Assembly (NCBI GenBank): GCA_963747615.1
Contig: CAVVFP010000004.1
Coordinates: 4,841 to 68,840 of the forward strand
Origin: an uncultured Acidobacteriaceae bacterium
GTDB lineage: Bacteria; Acidobacteriota; Terriglobia; Terriglobales; Acidobacteriaceae
DNA: 64,000 nucleotides
Direction: 5' to 3'
A program made the position numbers and the translations under genes. Positions 9,033-18,361 of the stretch are shown here, piece after piece (the stretch's first letter is position 1; every line of letters starts with the position of its first letter). Under the pieces are notes generated by a model. That model searched no databases and was not told the DNA's origin. It was given only the letters and a program-made list of their open reading frames with translations.

Positions 9033-10148
9033 ATGAAGATTGAAGCGATCACACTTCGCGAGATTCATATACCGCTCGTCCATTTCTTTGAGACGAGTTT
9101 CGGAAGGACTTATAGCCGCCGCATACTGCTGCTCACCGCGCATTGCGATGGAGTCGATGGCTGGGGAGAATGCGTCGCCGGCGAAGATCCCTTCTACTGC
9201 AGCGAGTGGACTGAGAGCGCATGGCTGACCATCGCCCGCCATGTTGCTCCTGCGGTGATCGGGCGCACCCTCGATTCGGCACGGGACTGTGCCGCTCTTT
9301 TCTCGCGCGTGCGCGGGCACCGCATGGCCAAGGCCGCGGTTGAAAACGCGCTGTGGGATGCCGAAGCTAAACAGAAGAATCTGCCGTTGTGGAAACTACT
9401 GGGCGGCACGCGGACTGAAATCGCTTGCGGAGTCTCCATCGGCATTCAGGATTCCGTCGAGCAGTTACTCGATAAGATCAAGATCGAATTGGCTGCTGGC
9501 TACCGCCGCATTAAAGTGAAGGTCAAACCGGGCTGGGATGTGAACGTGCTGGAGAAAATTCGCTCGCGCTGGGCCGACATTACGCTGAGTTGCGATGCTA
9601 ACTCCGCCTACACACTCGATCAAGTCGAACACTTGCGCAGCTTCGATCAATTCAATCTGCTCATGATTGAGCAGCCGCTCTGGGATGACGACATCTTCTA
9701 CCACGCCCGCCTGCAAAAAGAGCTGCGCACCGCCCTTTGCCTCGACGAGTCCATCGTCAATGCGCGCACCGCCGCGATTGCACTCGAGACCGGCGCATGC
9801 CGCATCATCAACATCAAAGTCGGACGCGTGGGCGGGTTCACAGAGGCCAAAAAGATTCATGACATCTGTCATGCGCAAAAGATCCCGGTCTGGTGCGGAG
9901 GCATGCTTGAATCAGGCATTGGCCGTGCGCACAACATCGCGTTTTCCACGCTTGAGAATTTCAGTTTGCCGGGAGACGTTTCGGCTTCCAAGCGCTACTG
10001 GAAAGAAGACATCATCGATCCCGAGGTGCAAGTTTCACCGCAAGGGATGATTGCGATCAGCGACCAGCCGGGAACGGGTTATCGAATCAGAGAAGATCTG
10101 ATCGAGAAATTGACAGTAAGGAAGGAAACGTTGCGCGCAACAAACTAG
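9033..10148 (+). CDS. enolase-superfamily o-succinylbenzoate synthase / N-succinylamino-acid racemase (OSBS/NSAR subgroup)
   Basis: 371 aa, near-colinear with Amycolatopsis N-acylamino-acid racemase. Shared motifs: KVKVKPGWD (Lys pair), CDANSAY, LMIEQPL, CLDESI, NIKVGRVGG, PVWCGGMLESGIGRA. Confidence 0.85.
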   Translation: MKIEAITLREIHIPLVHFFETSFGRTYSRRILLLTAHCDGVDGWGECVAGEDPFYCSEWTESAWLTIARHVAPAVIGRTLDSARDCAALFSRVRGHRMAKAAVENALWDAEAKQKNLPLWKLLGGTRTEIACGVSIGIQDSVEQLLDKIKIELAAGYRRIKVKVKPGWDVNVLEKIRSRWADITLSCDANSAYTLDQVEHLRSFDQFNLLMIEQPLWDDDIFYHARLQKELRTALCLDESIVNARTAAIALETGACRIINIKVGRVGGFTEAKKIHDICHAQKIPVWCGGMLESGIGRAHNIAFSTLENFSLPGDVSASKRYWKEDIIDPEVQVSPQGMIAISDQPGTGYRIREDLIEKLTVRKETLRATN

Positions 10149-10164
10149 CCGCATCGGAGGGGAC

Positions 10165-12195
10165 TTGTCTGAACCTGTTCATATGGCGCGCCGCGCCCGG
10201 ATCGCCATGGGCGTCGGCGCTCTGCTCCTCGTTCTTTTTCTACAGCTCGCGCTCTCCGTGCACCGCAATTCCATCACCTGGGACGAAGACGACCACATCT
10301 TCGCCGGATACATGTCGTGGAAGCACGCCGACTTCGGCCTGAACCCGGAGCATCCTCCGTTGGTTAAGTTAGTCGCGGCGATTCCTCTGCTCAACATGCC
10401 GCTTACCTTGCCGGTAGTGCAAGACCGCAGCTTCAAGTACGAGGCGTTCCGCGATGGCAAAGACTTCCTCTTCAAGAATGACGCGAATACGATGCTCTTC
10501 CGCGCCCGGATCGCGGTTTCGTTCTTCACTCTTCTGCTCGCCCTTCTCGTTTTTCTGGCTGCGCAGGAAATGTTTGGCACCGGCGCAGGCTTCATCGCTC
10601 TTGCCTTGCTGGCATTCGATCCGAACCTGCTGGCTCATGGTGCGGTCGTCAGCACTGACGCCGGTCTCTCGTGCTTCATGTTCGCAGCGGTTTACGCGTT
10701 CTATCGCTATGTGAAAGTGCCCTCCGCGTGGCGACTGATTGTTACGGGACTTGCCACCGGACTCGCACTCGCCGCCAAGCACACCGGCATTTTGCTTTTC
10801 CCAATGCTGTTTTTGCTGGCGGGCTGCGAAGTCGTGCGAAGCAAGCGTGCTTCAAACACGCAGGGTGGCTTGCAAGCTTCACCGGCGAAGCGTGCCCGGC
10901 AACTCGCGATCGCCCTTGTCGCCATCAGCGTTATCGCGATCACAGTTCTTTGGGGTGCGTACGGATTCCGCTATCAGGCCCGCGCCGAAGGCCGGCAGAT
11001 GAATCCTCCGTTAAGCGAATTCGTGCAGGGACTGTCACGGCCGCACGAAGTTCGCCTGCTCCACACCGTGGCCCGCTTCCATCTCTTGCCTGAGTCTTAC
11101 GTTTACGGACTCGCTGACGTCCGCATTATGTCGGATTTCTACACCAGCTTCCTGCTCGGCAAAGTCTATCCCCACGGCGTGTGGTTCTATTTTCCCGTCG
11201 CCTTCGTGATCAAATCAAGTCTGTCGTTTCTGTTGCTTTTGCTGATTACGATCTGGACGATCGCTGCGCGGCGACTAGCAGCCTGGCGCGAAATCATCTT
11301 CCTGACCGTCCCCCCGATCTTCCATCTGGCTATCGCCATGAGCGCCGGTATGAACATTGGCGTCCGACATATCCTGCCGATGTATCTATTTCTCTCCGTT
11401 CTGATCGGAGGCGCGGCCTGGAGCCTCATTCAGCGCAACCGCAAATGGACCTACGTAATTGTTGTGCTTCTGATCTTCCAGGCGATCTCGACTTCGCGCG
11501 CCTATCCCTCCTACATCGCCTACGCCAATGAATTCTGGGGAGGACCCGCGCGCGTTCATGACTTGCTCAGCGACTCAAACTCCGATTGGGGACAACAGCT
11601 CCACGACGTGCGGCGGTATCTGGATGAACACAACATAAAAGACTGCTGGTTTATCTACTTCGCCGAAGGCGTCGTCGATGCCAGCTACTACAAGATTCCA
11701 TGCCGGCAGCTGCCAACCATGGACTCGCTCTGGATGGAAGAGCCGTTAAACGCTCCGCCCGCCATTGACGGCACGGTGCTGGTTAGTGCGGGCGATCTTT
11801 CTGGCTTTGAATTCGGCGCTGGCCCCTTGAATCCGTATGAGCAATTCAAATCTCTGCGTCCGACGGCGGTGATCGACTATGGAGTTTTCGTCTATAACGG
11901 CCATTTCGAAATTCCCCTCGCGGCATCGATCAGTCACTCGCAGAAGGCCGAATGGTTGCTCGAAGCTAAGCAGCTTCCGGAGGCACTCGAAGAAGCGCAG
12001 GAAGCCGTTGCCCTTGCCCCCGGCGCAGCGAAACCGAATGCGCTACTGGGGGACATCCTGAGCGCCATGGGAAGGCCTGATGAGGCCCGCGCTTCCTACC
12101 AGAAAGCCCGTACCCTGGCGACAACGATTGCGCCTGATTTTCAGGTCGGACTGGCGAACGAACTCGAGAAGAAACTTGCTGTGCCGGGCAGGTAA
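10165..12195 (+). CDS. GT-C (ArnT/PMT-like, GT39-type) membrane glycosyltransferase with C-terminal TPR-like segment
   Basis: 676 aa. Long multi-pass N-terminal domain (ITWDEDDHIFAGYMSW loop, many hydrophobic helices). The soluble C-terminus ends in a TPR-like EALEEAQEAVALAPGAAKPNALLGDILSAMGRPDEARASYQKA. The likely ATG is at 10183. Confidence 0.65.
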   Translation: MSEPVHMARRARIAMGVGALLLVLFLQLALSVHRNSITWDEDDHIFAGYMSWKHADFGLNPEHPPLVKLVAAIPLLNMPLTLPVVQDRSFKYEAFRDGKDFLFKNDANTMLFRARIAVSFFTLLLALLVFLAAQEMFGTGAGFIALALLAFDPNLLAHGAVVSTDAGLSCFMFAAVYAFYRYVKVPSAWRLIVTGLATGLALAAKHTGILLFPMLFLLAGCEVVRSKRASNTQGGLQASPAKRARQLAIALVAISVIAITVLWGAYGFRYQARAEGRQMNPPLSEFVQGLSRPHEVRLLHTVARFHLLPESYVYGLADVRIMSDFYTSFLLGKVYPHGVWFYFPVAFVIKSSLSFLLLLLITIWTIAARRLAAWREIIFLTVPPIFHLAIAMSAGMNIGVRHILPMYLFLSVLIGGAAWSLIQRNRKWTYVIVVLLIFQAISTSRAYPSYIAYANEFWGGPARVHDLLSDSNSDWGQQLHDVRRYLDEHNIKDCWFIYFAEGVVDASYYKIPCRQLPTMDSLWMEEPLNAPPAIDGTVLVSAGDLSGFEFGAGPLNPYEQFKSLRPTAVIDYGVFVYNGHFEIPLAASISHSQKAEWLLEAKQLPEALEEAQEAVALAPGAAKPNALLGDILSAMGRPDEARASYQKARTLATTIAPDFQVGLANELEKKLAVPGR

Positions 12196-12218
12196 AACTT
12201 ATTCATGGCGGACGTTTT

Positions 12219-13169
12219 CTACTGAGACTTCGGCCCCATCGCCGCGGCTCCTGCCTTATGATTTTCGGCCAGTTTCGCCTCTTCCGCCTTCAGCATCGCG
12301 ACGCCCTGGGCAAACGTAGTATCGGCGGGCACGCGCCGGAAGTCACTGAACACTTCCTCAGACTTGATGGAGATGCTCTTAAACAGAAGAATCTTGCCGG
12401 TGAAGCCCAGCGACATGCGCGAGACGTCCCAGGAGCCATCGCCTACATCGCGCTGCTCCACCAGAAAATGTCCGCCCTTGTCGAGGTGTCCCAGAATTCC
12501 CCAGCCGAAGCTGACTTCCTTAAATAGAGTTCCATCGATTCTCGCGATCCTGCGTGCCTCGGAATCAATCAAAAGAAATCCCTGCATGCCGGTGAGCACG
12601 TCTTCCACATGAGAAGGCGGATGGTACGCCGGATTGGGGCGGAATTTAAGTCGCACCAGCCGGTCTCGATCTTTACCCAGGTCGGCCGTGCCTCGCTCCT
12701 TACCGTCGTAGTCGTAGAGAAAAGCTTCGGGCAAGGCCTTCACGATGCGCAGGGTACGCTCGGCGCTCTCCTCTTCTTGTGAATGCTTGCGGCTCAGTTG
12801 ATCGGGGTGGGCCACAAGATCGGCCAGGCGACCTTCCTCGCCCTGCATTTGTTCGTGCGAGAGAGGTTTGTCATCGTAGGCAATCGTCATGCCGGCCATG
12901 GCGTCGCGCGTTTCCACATAGAGCCTGGTCTGGGAGCCCTGCGGGGTCTGCTTCCGGGAGCGAAACATGTGTTTCGTCGAATTGTCGTTGGCGGCTGCGA
13001 CCTCATTTGCAACCGCAGTCCGCACGAGTTCGACGGGAGAAGCCGGATCCTGAGAAGTACTAAAAGGTGAGCCAGCCTTCAGAGAACGAGCGCCCATACC
13101 CGCGACCAGGGCACCTACCAAAATAGCGGCGGCGATGTGAGCGAACTTCCCTGTCGTCCGGTCGGGCAC
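12219..13169 (-). CDS. hypothetical exported protein
   Basis: 316 aa. N-terminal anchor/signal FAHIAAAILVGALVAGMGA. Coding-like throughout. No family recognised. Confidence 0.6.
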   Translation of the reverse strand: MPDRTTGKFAHIAAAILVGALVAGMGARSLKAGSPFSTSQDPASPVELVRTAVANEVAAANDNSTKHMFRSRKQTPQGSQTRLYVETRDAMAGMTIAYDDKPLSHEQMQGEEGRLADLVAHPDQLSRKHSQEEESAERTLRIVKALPEAFLYDYDGKERGTADLGKDRDRLVRLKFRPNPAYHPPSHVEDVLTGMQGFLLIDSEARRIARIDGTLFKEVSFGWGILGHLDKGGHFLVEQRDVGDGSWDVSRMSLGFTGKILLFKSISIKSEEVFSDFRRVPADTTFAQGVAMLKAEEAKLAENHKAGAAAMGPKSQ

Positions 13170-13197
13170 ACTCTAAGTGTAGCAATTGGCTTTCCGA

Positions 13198-13245
13198 AAG
13201 TTCCCTGCAGGGAACTTGCCGCGCCCTCCGTGCCTTGCGTATAGT
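13198..13245 (+). promoter_or_regulatory. 20-bp perfect palindrome overlapping a candidate sigma70-type promoter upstream of bactofilin
   Basis: AAGTTCCCTG/CAGGGAACTT at 13198-13217. TTGCCG (13216-13221), then an 18-nt spacer, then TATAGT (13240-13245). It sits in the divergent region between 12219..13169 (-) and 13376..13732 (+). Confidence 0.45.
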
Positions 13246-13375
13246 CGTTTCAGGGGGAGCAGCCTTCCGTTCGTGCCTCATGAATTCTGATTCGGCGGCA
13301 AAGCCTGAGGATTGCCGTCGCACGGATGGAGTTGTACCGATCCCTTTTTGTTCGGCTGCATAAGGAGAGCGTCCA

Positions 13376-13732
13376 ATGAACGCACCCGCGAGCGCACCCG
13401 CAATTGGGTTGGCACAAATCGGCAAATCCGTCTTCATCAAGGGCGAACTTTCCGGCAGCGAAGATCTGTATCTGGATGGCCAGGTCGAGGGCAGCATCTC
13501 TCTCAAGGGCAACAACTTAACCGTTGGCCCCAACGGCCAGGTCAAAGGCGGCGTCGAGGCCAAGGGCGTGGTCGTGCAAGGCAAACTGGAGGGCAACATC
13601 CAGGCCAGCGATCGCGTCGAATTACGTAAGTCAGCGGTCGTTACTGGGGATATCACGACCCAGCGCATCTCGATTGAGGAAGGCGCTTTCTTGAAGGGCA
13701 AGGTGGATGTTCACCGCGCCGATGGGAAGTAG
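13376..13732 (+). CDS. bactofilin (polymer-forming cytoskeletal protein)
   Basis: 118 aa. Typical bactofilin beta-helix repeats: VFIKGELSGSEDLYLDGQVEGSISLKGNNLTVGPNGQVKGGVEAKGVVVQGKLEGNIQASDRVELRKSAVVTGDITTQRISIEEGAFLKGKV. Confidence 0.85.
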   Translation: MNAPASAPAIGLAQIGKSVFIKGELSGSEDLYLDGQVEGSISLKGNNLTVGPNGQVKGGVEAKGVVVQGKLEGNIQASDRVELRKSAVVTGDITTQRISIEEGAFLKGKVDVHRADGK

Positions 13733-13758
13733 TCAGTCCCAGGAGTTACGAAGTTACG

Positions 13759-14472
13759 ATGTCGTCCGTCTCACAGAATTTCATGAAACTTTTTCGCGGT
13801 TCATCCGGACCTGAGACCATTCCCGAGCAGGGTTCGCAGAAGTTGACCCGCCGCTCCAGCGGCCTGGGCGAGTTGTCGCGCACCTGGGAGTCCACTGACG
13901 GCCTATGCATTTTGGACCTGGGATCGACATCGGCTACCAACATCCGCCACTTCACGGAACGCGGCCACAGGATCTATAGCGAAGACCTGCTCACCGCCTC
14001 CACTGATCCTGAACTTCTTATGAAAGACGAGAACGGAGCGGCGGCCCTCGATTCCCGCAAATTTCTCGCCGATAACCTGGTCTACCCGGCAGCTCACTTC
14101 GACGTAGTCCTGTGTTGGAATCTGCCGGATTACCTGGATGAGAGCCTGGTGAAGCCGGTAGTCGGCCGCCTATGGTCAGTGCTGAAACCGGGAGGCATGT
14201 TGCTCGCGTTCTTCCATACCCGCGACGCCGGCCCGGACTCGCCCTGTCACCGCTTCCATGTCGTTGGCGGCGACACTCTTGAGATGACGAAGATTACGCT
14301 GCGCAAAGAAGCCCGTCACGCTTCCGCTGGAGCGGGCCGAGCGGGCTCTGACGGTTTCCAGTTGCAGCGTGTGTTCAACAATCGCCACATTGAAAACCTT
14401 TTCCACGACTTTGCTTCCATTAAATTTTTTCTCGCGCGCGACAATATCAGGGAAGTGCTGGTGGTGCGCTAG
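13759..14472 (+). CDS. methyltransferase-fold protein with degenerate SAM motif I
   Basis: 237 aa. ILDLGSTSATN stands in place of the canonical (V/I)LD(V/L)GxGxG. Post-I and motif-III-like FDVVLCWNLPDYL, KPGGMLLAFFH. 26 nt downstream of bactofilin. Confidence 0.55.
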   Translation: MSSVSQNFMKLFRGSSGPETIPEQGSQKLTRRSSGLGELSRTWESTDGLCILDLGSTSATNIRHFTERGHRIYSEDLLTASTDPELLMKDENGAAALDSRKFLADNLVYPAAHFDVVLCWNLPDYLDESLVKPVVGRLWSVLKPGGMLLAFFHTRDAGPDSPCHRFHVVGGDTLEMTKITLRKEARHASAGAGRAGSDGFQLQRVFNNRHIENLFHDFASIKFFLARDNIREVLVVR

Positions 14473-14518
14473 AGCGGTTGAAGCAGGTCTTCCAGGCCCG
14501 TCAAGCCCAATACTTGAG

Positions 14519-15262
14519 TCAGGCTTCAGCCCCGAGGGCAGCCGACCCCTTCCACACGAGCGCTCCCATGCGGAATAGGTAATTGCGCGAGATCTCAATA
14601 CGCACCCCTGCCGGAGAAAACGCGGACACGCACAAGCTCCGAATTTCTGACGGAACGTAAGACCGGCGGACCGAAGTCAACCCGTCCAGCCAGGCCACGC
14701 GGCTGCGCATGATGGGATAACCGGCATACGCGAAAGCCAGATGCAACCGATGCCGAACCAGATCATTGATCAGTACGGCCCGCCGGCTCACTCGCACGCC
14801 CTCGCGCAAGAACTGCGCCAATTGCTGCGGCCGCAGATGATGCGCGAAAAGACTGCAACTCACCAGATCGAACGTGCCATCCCGGAAAGGTAGCGCAAGC
14901 CCGTCGGCCACAACGCCGTGGGTTTCCGGCAGAGGATCTCCTAAGGCGCGATCTCCCGAAACCTGATTTCCCGAAAGAAGATGAGACCGGGCGCGATCGA
15001 GCAACGTGACGTCAATCGTGACACCGCGACGCGCCAGGCTTTGCTGAACCATCTCAGAAACTTCCCCCGAGCCGGCCGCCACTTCCAAGAGGGAAAAATG
15101 CTTTACCCCGGAGCTCTGAGCCACGCGTTCGACCATCTTTCGCGTCGTCGCAACGCCGCCGAACCAGCGGTTCACACGTGCGATATCCCGCAGCGTAGTT
15201 TCGACGTCGGCGGCACAGCAGTCGCCGGAATCGAGAATCTCAGCTGCGTCGGTTCGTTGCAT
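14519..15262 (-). CDS. class I SAM-dependent methyltransferase
   Basis: 247 aa. Motif I LLEVAAGSGEV and later FDLVSCSLFAHHL. Confidence 0.75.
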   Translation of the reverse strand: MQRTDAAEILDSGDCCAADVETTLRDIARVNRWFGGVATTRKMVERVAQSSGVKHFSLLEVAAGSGEVSEMVQQSLARRGVTIDVTLLDRARSHLLSGNQVSGDRALGDPLPETHGVVADGLALPFRDGTFDLVSCSLFAHHLRPQQLAQFLREGVRVSRRAVLINDLVRHRLHLAFAYAGYPIMRSRVAWLDGLTSVRRSYVPSEIRSLCVSAFSPAGVRIEISRNYLFRMGALVWKGSAALGAEA

Positions 15263-15380
15263 CTCTAAGGTGTTTCTTGCAAATTGTGGCCGCAGCCGAA
15301 GATACTACCAAGTCGAGAATTTTGGAAGGGCGGCGCGGCTTCGGCCGAGCCGCTTCTCGAATATGTGGCTTGAGCCCGGC

Positions 15381-17192
15381 CTAAACCTCGGCCAGTTCTT
15401 CTTCCAGCAATTGCTTGTTATATAGGTCGCTGTAGTAGCCGTTCAAGGCGAGCAGTTCGTCGTGCGTTCCCAATTCGACGATGCGTCCGTCGTGCAGCAC
15501 GGCGATGCGGTCGGCATTGCGTACCGTGGAAACGCGGTGGGAGATGAAAATCGTCGTGCGTCCCTGCATCACTTCGCGCAGGTGATTCAGGATTTTATCT
15601 TCGGTGTGCGTGTCGACGCTGGAGAGAGCGTCATCGAGAATGAGGATGCGCGGGTTGCGAATCAAGGCGCGCGCAATCGCGGTGCGTTGTTTCTGGCCTC
15701 CGGAAAGCGTGATGCCACGCTCGCCCACCATGGTTTCATATTGCTCGGGAAAGCCTTCGATATCGCCGGCAATGTTCGCGGCTTCGGCTGCCTGGTGAAT
15801 CTCCTGATCGGTGGCAGATCCCACGCCCAGGGCAATGTTTTCCCGGATATGGTCGCTGAACAAGAACGTTTCCTGCGGCACAAAGCCAATATTTGTGCGC
15901 AGCGATGCCAGCGGAAACTCCCGGATCGGCCTCCCATCCACCAGAACCATCCCCGGCGCCGCGTCGTAAATCCGCGGAATCAGATTGACCAATGTCGTCT
16001 TCCCCGAGCCCGTCGGGCCCACGATCGCCATGCTGCTGCCAGCGGGGATCCGCAGATTCAAATCGTGTAGCACGGGCTTGCCGTCGTAGGCAAAATTCAA
16101 TCCGCGGAATTCGATTTCGCCTTCCACCGGCCGGTCGTTGTCCTCATTCTCGACCACCGGTTCATCCTTGATTTCGGGTTGTTCCTGCAGAATCTGATTC
16201 AGGCGGACTAGCGATGCTGTGCCGCGCTGGAAAATGTTGACCACCCACCCCAGAGCGATCACCGGAAACGTCAATTGCAGCATGTAGATGTTGAAGGCGG
16301 CAAAGTCGCCCACAGTCACGGAGCCGGGAAGCAAAAGAGTGGTTTTCGTTTTCAAATAGGAAACCAGAACCACCGTCGTTTGCCCGTGGATGACTTCACG
16401 GCCGCCCATCCAAAGCACCAGCACCATGGCCAGCCCGAGCATGAGTTCCAGCGTGGGCCAGAGCATGCCCATGAGCCGCACCAGCTTCAGGCTGCGCGCA
16501 ATATATTCCTGGTTCGCGGCCTCGAAAGATTCGATCTCCGCTTCTTCCTGTACGTAAGCGCGAATCACGCGCGCGCCTGAGAAATTTTCCTGCGCTCGCG
16601 CCGAAATGTCGGAGAACATCGCCTGAATTCTCTCGAAGCGCTCGTGAATGCGCCGACCGAAGTGCTGAATGACAATGCTGACCACGGGCAGCGGTAGAAA
16701 CGCGTAGAACGTCAGCTTGGGGCTGATGAGCACCATGAACGAAAGTGCGCCGGCGGTGAACACAAACGTGTTTGCCGAATACATGATAGCCGGGCCCAGC
16801 AGCATCCGTACCGCGTTCAAATCATTCGTGACCCGGGCCATGATATCGCCGGTCCGCATGCGCTGGTAATAGGAGTAGGAGAGCGTCTCCAGGTGCGCGA
16901 ACAGGTCATTGCGCAGATCGAACTCAATGTCGCGCGAGATGCCAATCACGATCCAGCGCGTCAGAAACAGGAAGACGCCGCGGACTGCTGCAACCTCGAG
17001 CATCTGCACCGCAAAGTGCCACAACTTCGCGGAAGTGACTCCCGTATTGAGATCATCCACCGCATGCCGGATGACCTGCGGCAGAAGCACCCAGGCGCCG
17101 TTGCTCAGAATAATGCAGAAGACGCCCGCCACAAACCCCCAGCGGTAGCGCTTAAGGTAGGGCATCAGTGGACGCATACTCTTGGGAATCAT
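15381..17192 (-). CDS. ABC exporter, fused permease/ATPase (MsbA-like)
   Basis: 603 aa. Six-helix TMD followed by Walker A GPTGSGKTT, signature LSGGQKQR and Walker B ILILDDALS. Confidence 0.9.
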   Translation of the reverse strand: MIPKSMRPLMPYLKRYRWGFVAGVFCIILSNGAWVLLPQVIRHAVDDLNTGVTSAKLWHFAVQMLEVAAVRGVFLFLTRWIVIGISRDIEFDLRNDLFAHLETLSYSYYQRMRTGDIMARVTNDLNAVRMLLGPAIMYSANTFVFTAGALSFMVLISPKLTFYAFLPLPVVSIVIQHFGRRIHERFERIQAMFSDISARAQENFSGARVIRAYVQEEAEIESFEAANQEYIARSLKLVRLMGMLWPTLELMLGLAMVLVLWMGGREVIHGQTTVVLVSYLKTKTTLLLPGSVTVGDFAAFNIYMLQLTFPVIALGWVVNIFQRGTASLVRLNQILQEQPEIKDEPVVENEDNDRPVEGEIEFRGLNFAYDGKPVLHDLNLRIPAGSSMAIVGPTGSGKTTLVNLIPRIYDAAPGMVLVDGRPIREFPLASLRTNIGFVPQETFLFSDHIRENIALGVGSATDQEIHQAAEAANIAGDIEGFPEQYETMVGERGITLSGGQKQRTAIARALIRNPRILILDDALSSVDTHTEDKILNHLREVMQGRTTIFISHRVSTVRNADRIAVLHDGRIVELGTHDELLALNGYYSDLYNKQLLEEELAEV

Positions 17193-17243
17193 GCAGGTTG
17201 TGTAGATGAAAGTTTAGCAGGCTGGGGTGCAGGAAACAGGTTT

Positions 17244-17355
17244 TAGGCCATAGGTCTTAGGTGATAGGAACTGTGTTGGGAGGGGAAGCGGTCTTAGGCG
17301 CCATGTCATGGGCGACGGGATCCGTAAGACCCAAGACCTTGCGCCTAAGACCTAC
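17244..17355. repeat. heptamer/9-mer repeat cluster with a 12-bp perfect inverted repeat (GGTCTTAGGCGC / GCGCCTAAGACC)
   Basis: TAGGCCA TAGGTCT TAGGTGA TAGGAAC (17244-17271). GGTCTTAGGCGC (17290-17301) pairs with GCGCCTAAGACC (17341-17352). Extra AAGACC copies at 17326-17338. The cluster lies between two minus-strand genes. Confidence 0.8.
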
Positions 17356-17497
17356 GATTTTTCCCGACCGTTGCGCGCTGTGCGCTGGGAATAATATCCC
17401 GGCCGAAGGCGATTATGCTGACCACCGCTAGAGCCATGCCCCAGGCGGCGAAGAAAAACCATCCTGCGTCGAAGATGAATCCCTGAACCATATCCAT
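17345..17497 (-). CDS. hypothetical small membrane protein (50 aa)
   Basis: ORF 17345..17575 trimmed to ATG 17497, preceded by AAGGA. MDMVQGFIFDAGWFFFAAWGMALAVVSIIAFG forms one or two hydrophobic helices. Confidence 0.35.
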   Translation of the reverse strand: MDMVQGFIFDAGWFFFAAWGMALAVVSIIAFGRDIIPSAQRATVGKNRRS

Positions 17498-17621
17498 GGC
17501 ATCGTTCCTTGGGGAATGCCTATAGAGATGGCGCGGGGCCGGGGAGCGACCCAACCCCGCGCGGCTTCGACCCACAACTCATCAAACCGCAACGCTTAAA
17601 AACTTCGAGAAGCCACGGCGC

Positions 17622-18119
17622 TTACTGGTCCGACGTGGTTGGCGCGGCACCCTGCATGTGCTGCTGCATGCGCGCTTGCCGGTTGGCCTCGATCTCTTTC
17701 ATCTTGGCCTGCTGGTCTGCCGTCAGCAACTGGTACACCTCGTTGTGAATCCGCGTCTCTTCCACTTTCAGTTGCACCAGCGTCTGCGATTGCTGCGCGA
17801 CCAGAGCCTGCACCTTGGTCTCATCGTAGGTGCCTTCTGAATACTGCTTGAGCTGCTGATCCATGGTGTGAAGCTGCTGCATCAGCGGCTTCATGGTAGA
17901 ACTCTCTTTTTCCATGACCCCCTTAATCTGGGTGCGCTGGGCATCTGTAATATCCAGTTCTCTGAAAGGGAAGTCCATCATGGGGCCGCGCATACCCCAT
18001 TCATGTCCACGCGTGGGTTGGGGCGCAGTAGTTGCATCCGCGGTTTGCGACTTGGCAATCGCGCCGCCCAACATCACTGCCAGCGCTGCAACAAAGAGGC
18101 GAAAACGAATGGATTTCAT
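17622..18119 (-). CDS. Spy/CpxP-family periplasmic chaperone-like protein
   Basis: 165 aa. Signal peptide MKSIRFRLFVAALAVMLGGAIA. Two LTxxQ-type motifs (LDITDAQRTQIK, LTADQQAKMKEIE). Divergent from a two-component operon, as cpxP is from cpxRA. Confidence 0.8.
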   Translation of the reverse strand: MKSIRFRLFVAALAVMLGGAIAKSQTADATTAPQPTRGHEWGMRGPMMDFPFRELDITDAQRTQIKGVMEKESSTMKPLMQQLHTMDQQLKQYSEGTYDETKVQALVAQQSQTLVQLKVEETRIHNEVYQLLTADQQAKMKEIEANRQARMQQHMQGAAPTTSDQ

Positions 18120-18218
18120 AAACTCCTGACTCCCGAAGGCCGGTCCCTTGGTCGGAACCCGGGCCTTTGTTCTAGCACTGAGTACAGTAATAAGAACACG
18201 GTTGCCACAGAAAATGTG

Positions 18219-18254
18219 GTAAAAAGTCAGTCAATCCGAGTAAAGTTTTGTCAA
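18219..18254. promoter_or_regulatory. two direct-repeat boxes GTAAA-N6-GTCAA and GTAAA-N5-GTCAA (CpxR-box-like)
   Basis: GTAAAaagtcaGTCAA (18219-18234) and GTAAAgttttGTCAA (18240-18254), with starts 21 nt apart. They lie in the divergent region between the Spy/CpxP-like gene and the regulator/kinase operon. The E. coli CpxR consensus is GTAAA-N5-GTAAA. Confidence 0.45.
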
Positions 18255-18361
18255 AAGGAAACTCACCTTTTCGCGGTGTCTGGTTTGACAATTCTTTACC
18301 GCTGGCGGCCTGAGCCTGGTGCACAATGAAAACTGCGAAGGCAAAAGAAAAAGAAGAGAAG

